64,000 nt of DNA, taken from the IMG/VR virus record IMGVR_UViG_3300031578_000001. One strand, written 5' to 3'. The notes under the pieces are model-generated. The model made no database searches, was not told where the DNA came from, and saw nothing but the letters and a program-made list of their open reading frames with translations. The translations under genes and the position numbers were made by a program. This DNA comes from a virus. Numbering within the stretch: the stretch's first letter is position 1; each line of letters begins with the position of its first letter. Below, piece by piece: positions 1-9,894 of this stretch.

Positions 1-887
1 ATGCCGGACACTTCCATTGCCGCCGCGGCGAACGTGGTCTTGATCTCCATGCCGGCCCATCGATCGAGTCCTCGGTTTGTGAGATATCTGCGGAGGAAGT
101 AGAAGAGCCTGAGCGTTTGCCGCGCATCGTCCTCGGCGTACTCGCGCTTCTGGGCATCTGCTTCGGCCTCGAGGTGAACCATGTCCGCTTTGAGGTCTCC
201 GATCTTCCGGTTCATAGCCTCGATGGTTTCGTTCTTGATCTGGCTTCCGAACTTCCTTTCGATGTAAGCGTCGACCTTCGCCTGGTAGATAGATCTCTCC
301 TCTCGGTCCTCCTTTTTCCTGCGGCCCTTGAACCTCTCCTTCAATTCGTTTCCGAGCCGCTTTATTTCGCTCTTCGCTTCCTTGTTGATCTCGGTGATGA
401 TCTGGGACTTTCTCTCCTCGAGGTCAACTATAACCTTCTCGCTTTGACGAATCATCATCATGGCTGGAGAGTAGATGTACGCCTCCTCGTACGTGACCAT
501 CTTGTAGCCGAAGATCCGATCGACCATCTCTTTCAACCCGTGAGGGATCATCCCCTTGTAGAGCCACGATAGGGGGAGCGTATCGATAACCTTTGCCTGG
601 ACGTCGTTCAAGTTGAAGATCCCATTGAAGTGGAGGACCTCGAGGTCGAATCGGATGATGTTGTGTCCGATGACGCGAAGACTCGGGCGCCTCAGTTGTT
701 CTTTGACGAACGATATGACCTCCGAGGTCGGAGGGACGGCCACAGCTACCGTGGCCGTCCCTTTACCCGAAGCCATTGCGACGAGTTCGACCTTGGCTTC
801 CCTCGATATTTTGGAGGTCGTCTCAAGGTCGAGAGATAGGATGCCGTACTCGTCGATCTTATCCCTGAGGAGCCTGAACTTGGACAT
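1..887 (-). CDS. polA: Family A DNA polymerase, N-terminal 3'-5' exonuclease part (runs off the window edge; not in ORF track)
   Basis: Manual translation from ATG at 887 (MSKFRLLRDK...) gives ExoI DLET, ExoII GHNIIRFDL, ExoIII YAEDDA and ME..G. The start overlaps the upstream stop (ATGA). Confidence 0.85.
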   Translation of the reverse strand, partial: MSKFRLLRDKIDEYGILSLDLETTSKISREAKVELVAMASGKGTATVAVAVPPTSEVISFVKEQLRRPSLRVIGHNIIRFDLEVLHFNGIFNLNDVQAKVIDTLPLSWLYKGMIPHGLKEMVDRIFGYKMVTYEEAYIYSPAMMMIRQSEKVIVDLEERKSQIITEINKEAKSEIKRLGNELKERFKGRRKKEDREERSIYQAKVDAYIERKFGSQIKNETIEAMNRKIGDLKADMVHLEAEADAQKREYAEDDARQTLRLFYFLRRYLTNRGLDRWAGMEIKTTFAAAAMEVSG

Positions 888-2527
888 CAGAGGTTACCCT
901 TCTGGAAAGGGTCGAAAGCCTTGTTTCCATCCTCGATGTCATCGAGGTCATCGATCCCCGGGCGCTGGACCATCCCCTGAGGAACGGTACCTTGGCCCTG
1001 GCCTTGGCTGAACGGGGCTCTGGGATCCGCGAAGGCACCCTGGGCCTGCGGAGGATTTCCGATCTGCTGACCCTGCTGACCCTGGGGCATGAACATCTGG
1101 CCCTGGGTTTGGGGTTGGCCCTGAGGTGCCGGCTGGCCGAACATCTGACCTTGTGGCTGCGTCTGAGGGACCTGCTGGCCCTGGGACACCGGCTGACCGA
1201 ACATCTGGCCCTGAGGGGCAGTTCCAGGCTGCTGGAAGCCTCCCTGTGGCTGCTGGCCTCCCTGAGGGAGAGGCTGCGCCTGAGGCTGCGCCTGAGGCTG
1301 GGCTTGGAAGGGTGCCTGGATATTCTGGCCTGCCATAGTGGCAGGATGGCCCTGGCCGAAGATAGGGAAGTCCTGGGCGGGCGAGGTGTTGGGCATCGGG
1401 CCTCCAGAAGCTCCGTGAACGCCCTGGAATGCCTGTCCCTGAGGATTCTGGGGCTGCCCCTGACCTGGGAGGGGTACTTGGGCTACGAACGCGATTTGAG
1501 CGCCTCCCTGCACCGAGGGGAGCGTCTGGGCGTTGCCCTGCATGAAGGCTGGAGTTCCCTGCTGCCCCTGAGGCTGCTGGGCGGGAAATTCGCTCCCCTG
1601 GGGTACGAACTGGGATCCCGGGGCCGGAGCTACGACGGCTCCCTGCCCGAAGATCTGGAGGGCGCCGTCACGACTGTAGGTTTGCCTGTTCCCCATGTCG
1701 TGCGAGTCGCAGATCTGGATGTGTTTCATCAGCACGTCCTTCAGGCTCGCGTCGTCGAAGACAGGCCACCCGGCGTTAATGTCGGGGAGGTGGGGCATGA
1801 ACTGCTGGCAGTCGTTCGGATTGGCGAACTGCTCGAAGACCCAGGTGTCGCCGATCCGGGGGGCACGGGGCGCGTCAGAGCGGCTCACCCGGAAGATGGA
1901 GTACCGCGGGTACGGGGGACGGCCGAATTGTGGTGCCATCATGTCCACGGACCTGGTGATGGTCTCACGGACGCCGTCATCGGTGAGCTCGAGGTAGCGC
2001 ATCGTGAAGGGATGCGTCTGATTCGTCTTCCTGTCGTGGTAGGGTCTGAGATCGATAACGATGAAGATGAGCGCGAGTCTGGGGTCACGTCCGAGGACCT
2101 TGCAACTGGCGCACGGACGTCCGTTGGGATCCTGGATCCATCTTCCGTGCTGGTCGAGGGTGTAGTAGGTGCAGCGCACCAGCTCCGAGATGGCAAAGGC
2201 TTTGATCCCGCTCTTCCACGTCCTGTAAACGTCATGCGCCAGGATGGGGGAACCGTCGTTGAGGAGAAGCGCTCTCGTCGACTGGGTCTTGTCGAGCCAG
2301 AAGTCGTAGAGATGCTTCCTGGCGTCCCAAATCGCTTTCCAGACCTTGCTGGTGGTGGTGACGTTCCTCTGCTTGGATTCCTGACCCGCTCGAGTGAGGA
2401 ACTGAGTCATCGGACTCGCTTCGATCTGTGGTTGGGCGAAGATCCCTCCGGCCGGCTGCCCTTGCTGGTTTTGCGGTGCGGAGCCGAATCCCTGGCCCTG
2501 CGGTGGTCCCTGCTGGTAGTTGCTCAT
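887..2527 (-). CDS. Putative single-stranded DNA-binding protein (gp32-like core) with Q/G/P-rich low-complexity arms
   Basis: Position between primase and polymerase; core contains C..CASC and LIFIVIDLR; acidic C-terminal tip DDLDDIEDG..F. Start at 2527 (MSNYQQG) overlaps the primase stop; the ORF track extends it to 2575. Confidence 0.55.
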   Translation of the reverse strand: MSNYQQGPPQGQGFGSAPQNQQGQPAGGIFAQPQIEASPMTQFLTRAGQESKQRNVTTTSKVWKAIWDARKHLYDFWLDKTQSTRALLLNDGSPILAHDVYRTWKSGIKAFAISELVRCTYYTLDQHGRWIQDPNGRPCASCKVLGRDPRLALIFIVIDLRPYHDRKTNQTHPFTMRYLELTDDGVRETITRSVDMMAPQFGRPPYPRYSIFRVSRSDAPRAPRIGDTWVFEQFANPNDCQQFMPHLPDINAGWPVFDDASLKDVLMKHIQICDSHDMGNRQTYSRDGALQIFGQGAVVAPAPGSQFVPQGSEFPAQQPQGQQGTPAFMQGNAQTLPSVQGGAQIAFVAQVPLPGQGQPQNPQGQAFQGVHGASGGPMPNTSPAQDFPIFGQGHPATMAGQNIQAPFQAQPQAQPQAQPLPQGGQQPQGGFQQPGTAPQGQMFGQPVSQGQQVPQTQPQGQMFGQPAPQGQPQTQGQMFMPQGQQGQQIGNPPQAQGAFADPRAPFSQGQGQGTVPQGMVQRPGIDDLDDIEDGNKAFDPFQKGNL

Positions 2528-3534
2528 CAGATAACTCCTCCTGTCAACGATGTGAGGTCTTCCCTCGTGAGACACTTCGGATCTTTGGTCGGAACGATCG
2601 GAGCCACCATGAGTCCGGCCTTGCGGATTTTCATCACGATTCTCTCGACTCGTTTTTGACCTTCGGGATCAGGATCGAGCATCACGAACACGATCCTGGG
2701 TTGGTTACAGACGATCTTGGCCACGCGTGGTTGGTTGAGATAGAGACCGAAGAGACCTACTGAGTGAACTCCGATGGAGGCGAAGTGGGCGACATCCAGC
2801 GGTCCCTCGAGAACGAATAGGGGTTTACCCGATGCGTGGTGGAGCAGATGTTCGGCGTAGAGGAAATGACCTGCCTTGAATTTGAAGAACGTGAAGTATT
2901 TGCTTCGTGTGGTCTTCCTTTTGATCGGACGAGCCTGCGCCCCGATGCAGATAAGCTTCCCGGATACCCTCGACATCACAGGAATCAGGATGCTATCTTT
3001 GACCTCGATCTCGGTCTTGTCGTATTTCTTGATCGTGGCCTTTTCGATCCACGCGAAGTTCATGAATCGTGCCGTCTGCTCCGGGATGCCTTTCGACGAC
3101 AGAAATTCCAGAGCATGGGGAGGAAGTCCTACGGCGAGGTACTTACGAAGTTCAGATGAGTAGTTGATGATGGATAAGGGTTTGTCTTTTTTCTCCTTGG
3201 CTTCAATAGTCCCGAGTTTCTTGAGAGCCGTGTCCACCTCTCGAACCCATTCGGCCAGGTTTCTGAATCCTCCTCTATGGAGCACATTCAGATCCATCAC
3301 CGCGTTGTAGAGACTGACGCGATACTGGCACATGTGGCAGCGGACAGTAGACGGTCCGGTATCGTCTACCGATACAGTCATGGAGGGGGTGCCGTCCATC
3401 CCTCCTTCGTGCCGGTAAGGTGCCATGAGGCACGAAAGGGACAGATGGCTGTCACCGGATTCACCGATACTTGATGTTATGATTCCGGCGTTCTGAAGAA
3501 CACTTAGGACTTTCATTAAATTCGTCCTGTCCAT
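2527..3534 (-). CDS. dnaG: DNA primase (Zn-binding domain + TOPRIM)
   Basis: N-terminal C..H..CHMC; TOPRIM motifs LFVLEGPLD and MLDPDPEG. Confidence 0.85.
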   Translation of the reverse strand: MDRTNLMKVLSVLQNAGIITSSIGESGDSHLSLSCLMAPYRHEGGMDGTPSMTVSVDDTGPSTVRCHMCQYRVSLYNAVMDLNVLHRGGFRNLAEWVREVDTALKKLGTIEAKEKKDKPLSIINYSSELRKYLAVGLPPHALEFLSSKGIPEQTARFMNFAWIEKATIKKYDKTEIEVKDSILIPVMSRVSGKLICIGAQARPIKRKTTRSKYFTFFKFKAGHFLYAEHLLHHASGKPLFVLEGPLDVAHFASIGVHSVGLFGLYLNQPRVAKIVCNQPRIVFVMLDPDPEGQKRVERIVMKIRKAGLMVAPIVPTKDPKCLTREDLTSLTGGVI

Positions 3535-6225
3535 CTATCCCCCACACTGTCCTTCCGAGTTGGAGCAGTAGGAACACTGCTTGCACAGCGAATTGATACG
3601 GTGCATCAGGTTCCCGCAATTACCGCACACGTCACCGAGGATCTCGTCGCTTTTCTTCGAGATGTGGATCTCGGTGGTGTCACGGCTCTTCGGAATCTCG
3701 GTTTCGGTCTCGTCCTTCGGTATGCCGTTCATTCCGAGGACTTCCTGGCATTCCAGGTCGAATTGGGCCAAGAGTCTGAAGACGTAGTCAGGAACGGATC
3801 TCGCGAACCGGATCTCCGGATCGTCGGTGAACCCTCTCGGATCGAAACTCTGGTCCGCGAATTTCTCCGCGAAAACAGAGAGGGGGATTTGATGCTGGAG
3901 GCCGATCGAGATGGCCAAGGCGAAGGCATCGACCCACCCGGTTAGGGCTGATCCAGCCTTGCCGATTCTGAGAAATACTTCTCCGACCTTCTTGGTGTCC
4001 GGGTAGAACCCTACGGTTGTGTAGAGTTTGATCTGGTTGATCTTGGTCGTAATATCTTCCGCAGGCCGCCGTCTTGGCAGTCTCTTTTTCTGGGACTTCA
4101 TCACCGTGGATTGAGGGGTCGAAGTGCTCGCGCCGGATATCGGTTGCGTGACCTTGGATCCATCCCTATAGATCGTCACGGACTTGAGACCGAGTTTCCA
4201 GGCCTTGTAATAGATCTCGAGGAACTCTTCCGACTTAGCGGAACTCGGTCTTCCGATCGTCTTGGAGATCCCTCCGGAGATGAAGGGTTGGCAGGCGGCC
4301 AGCATGAGTAGATGACCGTCGGGCGAGATTGTTCTCCCCGACTTGCCATTCTGATACGAGGTGTCGAAGATAGGGAGGTGGTCCTTCTTGAGCGAGGGGC
4401 ATCCGTCAATCGTGTGGTGCTCTTTGATGTACGAATGGATCGCCTCCTTATCACGGTCCGAATATCCGAGAGTGTTGAGCGCCTTCGGTACGGAGGTGAG
4501 AGGCATGGCCATGATCCCACCGTCGGTGAGTTTCTTGTTCATGGTGAGCCAGTTGCCTGCCTCGATTCCGGTGGTCGACGCATCCATGAGGAGCGCCGTG
4601 GTTCCGGTAGGAGCCAGCAATGTAACCTGAGCGTTCCGAACCCCATACTTAGGTGTATCCCTGATGACCTCGTCCCAGACCTCCTTGGCCTTGCGGAGGA
4701 TATTCGAGATCTCCTGGTTCTTCGACATGATGAGTTCCTCGAGCTTGGATTCGTGCTGCTTGAGGACTTTCATCATAGGTCTCTTGTTCTTCTCGAAGTG
4801 CTTGAATGGACCCATGATCTTCGAGATCCCGATGGATGTCTTGTACGCCATTCCGGTCATGAGGGCAGAGATCGATGATCCCCACATTCTCGCCTCGTTA
4901 GAGTCGTAGGGGAGACCGAGGGACATGACCATGCCGCCAAGATCAGTGAAGCCGAGGCCCAAGGGCCTGAACTCGATGGAGTTAGTTCTGATCTCTTCCG
5001 TGGGGTAGCCACTAATCTGGCAGATGATGTCCTGGGCGATGATGAGCATAGCGACCGCGTGGCAGAATTCTTTCTCGAAGAAAAGACCCTCCGGGAGCGA
5101 GAGGAACGAAGACAAGTTGATGGACGCGAGGTTGCACGCAGAGTTGTTTAGGAAGAGGAACTCACCGCACGGATTTGACGAGTTGATCTCTCCGCTCTTC
5201 GTGCAGGTGTTCCAGTCGTTGATTGTCGTGTGGAATTGGACTCCAGGGTCGCCGCAGAAGTGACAGTTCTGTGCGATGGACTCCATCATCCTCTTCGCGC
5301 TCACGACCCGCGTGATCTTGTCACTGACGACGGATCGCAGGGGCCATTCCCGATCCTCAATCGCGGCCCGCATGAACTCATCCGTGAGGCCGACGCTGAG
5401 ATTCGCGTTCTGGCCCGATACCGTGGCATACGCCTCTTCCGGCGTATACCCGGCGAGAACCAGCACTCTCGCTTTCCTTTCTTCATGGCTCTTGAACGAG
5501 ATAAAATCGCTTCCCACCTCGAGGCCGTCGTAGACGTCGGGATGATTGCAGTCGAGCCTGTTGAACTTGGAGGCCCTTCTAAGGATTCCTCCGGACCGGA
5601 TCGTGCCACCCCAGGCGTTGTACCCGCGGAAGAACGACATAGGTCCGGAGGCCCAACCTCCTCTGGATAACGGTTCTCCTGTTCCTCGAAGAGTCGAGAG
5701 GTTGACGCCAGATCCAGATCCTTTGGAGAAGATCTCGATCTCATTCGTCTGGACCCTGGCGATGTCCTTTAGATCGTCCTTGATATCCAGAATGAAACAC
5801 GCAGATCCCTGCGGATTAGGTTCCACTCCCATGTTGAAGAAGACAGGACTGTTGAAGGATGCCCTCTGGTCCATGATCATCTTCTTCAACTCGTAGTTAA
5901 ATTTCCTCGAGTTGATCTTGTCTAAGTATCCCAGGGTGATGCCAGCTTCCGAGATTGGATCGATGATCCGGTCGAGGACATGTTTCAGGGAAGACTCTCT
6001 GGATCCGGTTCCCTCGTGCCCCCTGAAGTATTTAGAGGCGAGGATGAACGCGGCTCGATCGCTCCATGAGACCGGGACTTCCACGTTTTCCTGGAGGAAG
6101 ACTCCTTCCATACGGATAGTCCGCTTGGACCACTTGATCGTGTCGTACGGATGCTTGGACTTTCCGGCCTCGTCTTCTAAACAGAACATCGGCGAGATGT
6201 CCAACCTGTTTTTACTACCCCTCAT
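3535..6225 (-). CDS. nrdJ: Adenosylcobalamin-dependent (class II) ribonucleotide reductase with C-terminal TSCPD-like domain and Zn ribbon
   Basis: FNSP, SACF, SNPCGEF...CNLASINL, APTGT..ASTTGIE, GISKT, YRDGSK; C-terminal FDPRGFT and CGNCG/CSYC. Confidence 0.95.
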   Translation of the reverse strand: MRGSKNRLDISPMFCLEDEAGKSKHPYDTIKWSKRTIRMEGVFLQENVEVPVSWSDRAAFILASKYFRGHEGTGSRESSLKHVLDRIIDPISEAGITLGYLDKINSRKFNYELKKMIMDQRASFNSPVFFNMGVEPNPQGSACFILDIKDDLKDIARVQTNEIEIFSKGSGSGVNLSTLRGTGEPLSRGGWASGPMSFFRGYNAWGGTIRSGGILRRASKFNRLDCNHPDVYDGLEVGSDFISFKSHEERKARVLVLAGYTPEEAYATVSGQNANLSVGLTDEFMRAAIEDREWPLRSVVSDKITRVVSAKRMMESIAQNCHFCGDPGVQFHTTINDWNTCTKSGEINSSNPCGEFLFLNNSACNLASINLSSFLSLPEGLFFEKEFCHAVAMLIIAQDIICQISGYPTEEIRTNSIEFRPLGLGFTDLGGMVMSLGLPYDSNEARMWGSSISALMTGMAYKTSIGISKIMGPFKHFEKNKRPMMKVLKQHESKLEELIMSKNQEISNILRKAKEVWDEVIRDTPKYGVRNAQVTLLAPTGTTALLMDASTTGIEAGNWLTMNKKLTDGGIMAMPLTSVPKALNTLGYSDRDKEAIHSYIKEHHTIDGCPSLKKDHLPIFDTSYQNGKSGRTISPDGHLLMLAACQPFISGGISKTIGRPSSAKSEEFLEIYYKAWKLGLKSVTIYRDGSKVTQPISGASTSTPQSTVMKSQKKRLPRRRPAEDITTKINQIKLYTTVGFYPDTKKVGEVFLRIGKAGSALTGWVDAFALAISIGLQHQIPLSVFAEKFADQSFDPRGFTDDPEIRFARSVPDYVFRLLAQFDLECQEVLGMNGIPKDETETEIPKSRDTTEIHISKKSDEILGDVCGNCGNLMHRINSLCKQCSYCSNSEGQCGG

Positions 6226-6234
6226 CGGTCCTCC

Positions 6235-7542
6235 TCATCGATCTAAATATCCCCTCTTCTTCGACCTCTTCTCAGTATTCGTCGATTCGACGTGAACCGC
6301 GATCGGAGCCCACTGCATGTCGAAGAAGTTCCAGTGGTGAAGCCAAGGCAGCTGGGGTGCTGCGTCACGACCCTTCCCGATCCGGATGATGATCTGCTTG
6401 TTAATCTTTTCCCGCTTGCGCTGGATCAGGAAGATCGTGTTGTTCGAGATGTGGTTGAACTTATCCGTACCACCTACGGCAAGGTCATCGGAAGACCACG
6501 TTCCTATGGCGGATTTGTTGAACTGGGCGGTCAAGAACCAGTGGCGCTTCGAGGCCATGGAGACGCGCCGAACCTCGATGAGGTTCTCGTTGATCTTCTC
6601 CCAGCCCTTCTTGTCTTCTGAGCCCTCGGGGAAGTCATAGAAGGCATCGGCCATGACAGCGTGCGCCCCGAACAGATCCGCCTGCGCCTCGACGGAGTAG
6701 ACATCTGTTATCGCCTCTGGGTTCATGATCCTGAGATTGTTCCAGTAGCCGATCCTATTGGCCGCGTCCGCGAGCGTCTTCTCGAAGATGGGTTCTTGCT
6801 CCGGGAGCAGGGTTCCCTTGATCACGCGATCGAAGTTCACCGTGGACGCCATAGCGGCGAGCCTTCGCATGATCTCAGTGTCGAGCATCTCCATGGAGGC
6901 GATGACTACCTTGAATCCACAGGCCGCGGCGTAGAGACACTGGATCAGGCAGAGCCACGTCTTTCCCACGCTGGACCTGGCCACGACAGTCGTGATGTTC
7001 CCGAAGCGCCACTTGACGAAGGCGTCTATCAGAACTCGGAAATGAGGATGGATCGGGATGCCCGGCATGTTTCCGGCTTTAGTCATGAGATACTCGTTCC
7101 AGACAGGCTGGGCGAGTTCTGCCGGCGACGAGGACTTTCCAGTCGCGCCTGAATACCGAAGTTCGACCTTGCGGATCTGCTCGGCCGTCATCTTGAGCAT
7201 CTTCCTGGGATCGTGGACATGTTTGTTATATTCTATGGCCGAGAACTGGATGGCGTTGGCAAGATCGGCCTCGAGGTAGCCATCGACCAACTGCTCCCAG
7301 TAGACCGACGCTTTCGAGGGACACTGGCTCGCTGCCGCAACCGTGATTCCGCCGATGTCCTCGCACATGGACTGAAGCCGCTTGACGCCCGGGAGCTGGT
7401 TATGCTTCTGGTAGAACTTGATGAGGCGGTGGAAGGCCTCGTCGTAGGGCGGCTTCAGGATGCTTGGATCGAATCCGTTCTGGTACAACTCCCAGAGTTC
7501 TCCATCGATCGCCTTCCTGAGGAGTTTCGATTCGATTAACAT
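6235..7542 (-). CDS. dnaB: Replicative DnaB-like helicase
   Basis: Walker A ARSSVGKT, SMEM, Walker B-like VMADAF, TAQFNK, KGRD. Confidence 0.85.
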   Translation of the reverse strand: MLIESKLLRKAIDGELWELYQNGFDPSILKPPYDEAFHRLIKFYQKHNQLPGVKRLQSMCEDIGGITVAAASQCPSKASVYWEQLVDGYLEADLANAIQFSAIEYNKHVHDPRKMLKMTAEQIRKVELRYSGATGKSSSPAELAQPVWNEYLMTKAGNMPGIPIHPHFRVLIDAFVKWRFGNITTVVARSSVGKTWLCLIQCLYAAACGFKVVIASMEMLDTEIMRRLAAMASTVNFDRVIKGTLLPEQEPIFEKTLADAANRIGYWNNLRIMNPEAITDVYSVEAQADLFGAHAVMADAFYDFPEGSEDKKGWEKINENLIEVRRVSMASKRHWFLTAQFNKSAIGTWSSDDLAVGGTDKFNHISNNTIFLIQRKREKINKQIIIRIGKGRDAAPQLPWLHHWNFFDMQWAPIAVHVESTNTEKRSKKRGYLDR

Positions 7543-8039
7543 TTAGGCTTCTCCACACGCCCTTTATAGGCGTCGATCGTCATATGGAAGTCCTTGGTCC
7601 TCTTGTCTCCGAACAGGATCGTGACCTTCGGATGCCTGAGCGCCCTGACCGCGATCTCACGGTCGAGTTCCTTGATCGTAATCGCTTCCATGCCGTCGAT
7701 GTAGCAGATGCCCATGACATCAGTCGTCCAGATCAGGTCGCTGAATGACATCTCGCCCGGTTCGTGCCATGCCCCCGTCCGAAGCCAGGTCAGGACCTGA
7801 GAGCCCGGCAAGCAGTCCACCATGTCCGCATGATGGGCGAGGGCGGCGAGAACGTCTGCGACGACGCTTTCTCTTTTTTGTGGAATGAGGATCAGGCGTC
7901 CCTTTAGGAGGTCTTCGTTCGGAGTCTTCTTCTCCTGCACCTTCTCCAGGACGGTTTCCGCGATACCAATCGGATATATCCACTCTGCCAACCATTCCAC
8001 CACGTTCCGGCTTTTGTGGATCGGGTCCCTCCAGATCAT
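7536..8039 (-). CDS. DnaC/IstB-like helicase loader (degenerate ATPase)
   Basis: Lies between the initiator and DnaB; VMGICYIDG..E..I..R....TI pattern resembles IstB/DnaC; no clear Walker A. Confidence 0.4.
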   Translation of the reverse strand: MIWRDPIHKSRNVVEWLAEWIYPIGIAETVLEKVQEKKTPNEDLLKGRLILIPQKRESVVADVLAALAHHADMVDCLPGSQVLTWLRTGAWHEPGEMSFSDLIWTTDVMGICYIDGMEAITIKELDREIAVRALRHPKVTILFGDKRTKDFHMTIDAYKGRVEKPKC

Positions 8040-8220
8040 TACGAACCTCCTTGATTTCCTTTTTCAGTTCACGGAGTAGCGTTTCAATCCGAGAGACGGA
8101 GGTCAGGAGGTCGGCCGGAACCGGCCTCCCTTCCTCCTCTCTTCGGCGGATTTCAGCCTTCAAAGAGGCCCAGTAGGCTGATGCGTGGATGATCGAAGAA
8201 TGGTCGTCGTCTATTCGCAT
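7720..8220 (-). CDS. Hypothetical protein (3' part overlaps the next gene)
   Basis: N-terminal ~60 aa fill the 8040-8220 gap and look coiled-coil; the rest overlaps 7536..8039 in another frame. Confidence 0.35.
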   Translation of the reverse strand: MRIDDDHSSIIHASAYWASLKAEIRRREEEGRPVPADLLTSVSRIETLLRELKKEIKEVRNDLEGPDPQKPERGGMVGRVDISDWYRGNRPGEGAGEEDSERRPPKGTPDPHSTKKRKRRRRRSRRPRPSCGHGGLLAGLSGPDLASDGGMARTGRDVIQRPDLDD

Positions 8221-8912
8221 CTCGGACCAATCAGTTGGGTACTATCTTGAAGATCGACGTAGACGGATTTCCGCTCACACACAGCCCATGATCTCGTCTT
8301 GATGAGACGGAATGCGTCCGGCCATTTCTTCTTGTTGGCCCTGTTCCCATTCACGCACGGGAAGAATTTGCATAGAGAACACCCGAGAGGGATGTTACCG
8401 ATGGGGACGTCCTTGTCGATTGCGACTCCATTCTTCCATGTCTGGCTGCATGCGTAATCCACCAGCTCGTTGAAGAAGTACCCTTGGTGTCCACGTACGT
8501 GCCGACCTACCACGGTCACGGAGTTCTCGAGGAGCGCCCGTTTAATCATTACGATTAGGTCTTCGTTCTTCTTCATGCCCCACTTGCTGTTAAACAAGAT
8601 GTTCAGGGCGTACTCGGAGTCTGACCAGGCCGGGATGATGCGCTTCTCCCCGTCGTTGAAAAACAGGACTGAGGCGCTGGCCAGGATGTTGAATGCGGTC
8701 AACTCCATTCTGGAGTTCGTGACGCTTGAGTAACCTTCCGCGTACTCGGTGCAGACCCGGATCCTGTCGAGCATCGGTATGGAGTCCTGGACTCGTGTCG
8801 TTACGAATGCAACCCCCGCGGATCCTTTAGAGAATACGCTCGCATTGTTGACGTTCACGGATCCGTCGAGGAACGCGATGATCTTAGGAACGGTCGGCAA
8901 CGAGGTCGACAT
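8211..8912 (-). CDS. rnhA: Ribonuclease HI with Cys-rich C-terminal extension
   Basis: AFLDGS, TNSRMELTA, WSDSEY, HVRGHQG..FNELVD. Confidence 0.85.
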   Translation of the reverse strand: MSTSLPTVPKIIAFLDGSVNVNNASVFSKGSAGVAFVTTRVQDSIPMLDRIRVCTEYAEGYSSVTNSRMELTAFNILASASVLFFNDGEKRIIPAWSDSEYALNILFNSKWGMKKNEDLIVMIKRALLENSVTVVGRHVRGHQGYFFNELVDYACSQTWKNGVAIDKDVPIGNIPLGCSLCKFFPCVNGNRANKKKWPDAFRLIKTRSWAVCERKSVYVDLQDSTQLIGPRCE

Positions 8913-9894
8913 ACTGCTCCTCCGGCTTGCTCACGAATTCAGCCCTCTCCTCACCCCACACGACCTTCCCCTCGTCGATGCGGATGTCGAAGATTCTGGA
9001 GACCTTCACGATCTGGAGCTCATCGTCCAGGTACATCGTGGACAGCGAGACTCTGGAGATATGCTGATCCTTCGAAGGCTGGGTCTCGAGTATCCAGATA
9101 ACCTCAGGCTTGATCGAATCCGCGTACTCACGAATCCTCTTCCACCGCTCAGAGTTCGGAACCTGGATGTTGACCATGTGGACGTTAACGTCGTCCATCA
9201 TGAGAAGGGTCTTGTGTGGTCTGGGGGTCTTCTCCAGGAACTCAGCCACGGCCGTCTCTGTTCTCGGTCTGATAGAGCCGCCTTCGATGAAGCCGTGGAC
9301 GATGATCGGCTGAAACTTCATCTTCTCGTTGAGTCTGGTGTCGATGATGGAATCTGTTCTCTCCTTCGCGAACTTGAACGAAAGTTCCCGAACGTGGGCC
9401 ATCTCGTTCATGTTGAGGAGGGCCAGGACGGCGGATGGCGTGTAGTTGAGAGACTCGTTGGTGAGGGGCCGCACGGTGAGCTGCGAGATGTCGTCATCCA
9501 GCTTGAGAGGAAGGTTACCGCCGATCCTCGCGGAGTACCGATTGAGGAGCCTGTTCAGCAGGTACTTCATCTCCGCGCTCAGCATCTTGAAGGCGTGAGC
9601 TGCGGGACGGATCTCGGGATCGAGGCCTCTTCCGGCCGGATGACAGCGGTCGACGAGGTACTGGCGCAGTTCGATGATCGTGAGGTTGATGTTTTTGATC
9701 TTGGCGAGGACCGTGATCTCCTCCTCGTTGAGTTCGACCACATCCCCCACCGTGAAGGCCTTGCCTCCGACGATGAAGTTATCGCCGTCGACGTACTGCG
9801 TGAGAACGTCGTTCTCGGACTTTAGGAACTCCAGTTCCTTGTTGAAGTTCATCAAGAGATTCTGGATGATCGGGTTCGATTGCGGGTCACTCAT
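8884..9894 (-). CDS. Hypothetical protein
   Basis: 336-aa ORF tiling the replication operon. Confidence 0.7.
   Translation of the reverse strand: MSDPQSNPIIQNLLMNFNKELEFLKSENDVLTQYVDGDNFIVGGKAFTVGDVVELNEEEITVLAKIKNINLTIIELRQYLVDRCHPAGRGLDPEIRPAAHAFKMLSAEMKYLLNRLLNRYSARIGGNLPLKLDDDISQLTVRPLTNESLNYTPSAVLALLNMNEMAHVRELSFKFAKERTDSIIDTRLNEKMKFQPIIVHGFIEGGSIRPRTETAVAEFLEKTPRPHKTLLMMDDVNVHMVNIQVPNSERWKRIREYADSIKPEVIWILETQPSKDQHISRVSLSTMYLDDELQIVKVSRIFDIRIDEGKVVWGEERAEFVSKPEEQYVDLVADRS

Noticed and set aside
117-2659. Long plus-strand ORFs such as 117..572 and 992..2659, and similar antisense ORFs (8749..9825, 14804..15814, 56760..57878)
   Set aside because: They are shadow frames opposite well-supported genes, as expected with GC-rich codon bias; no motifs or RBS support them.
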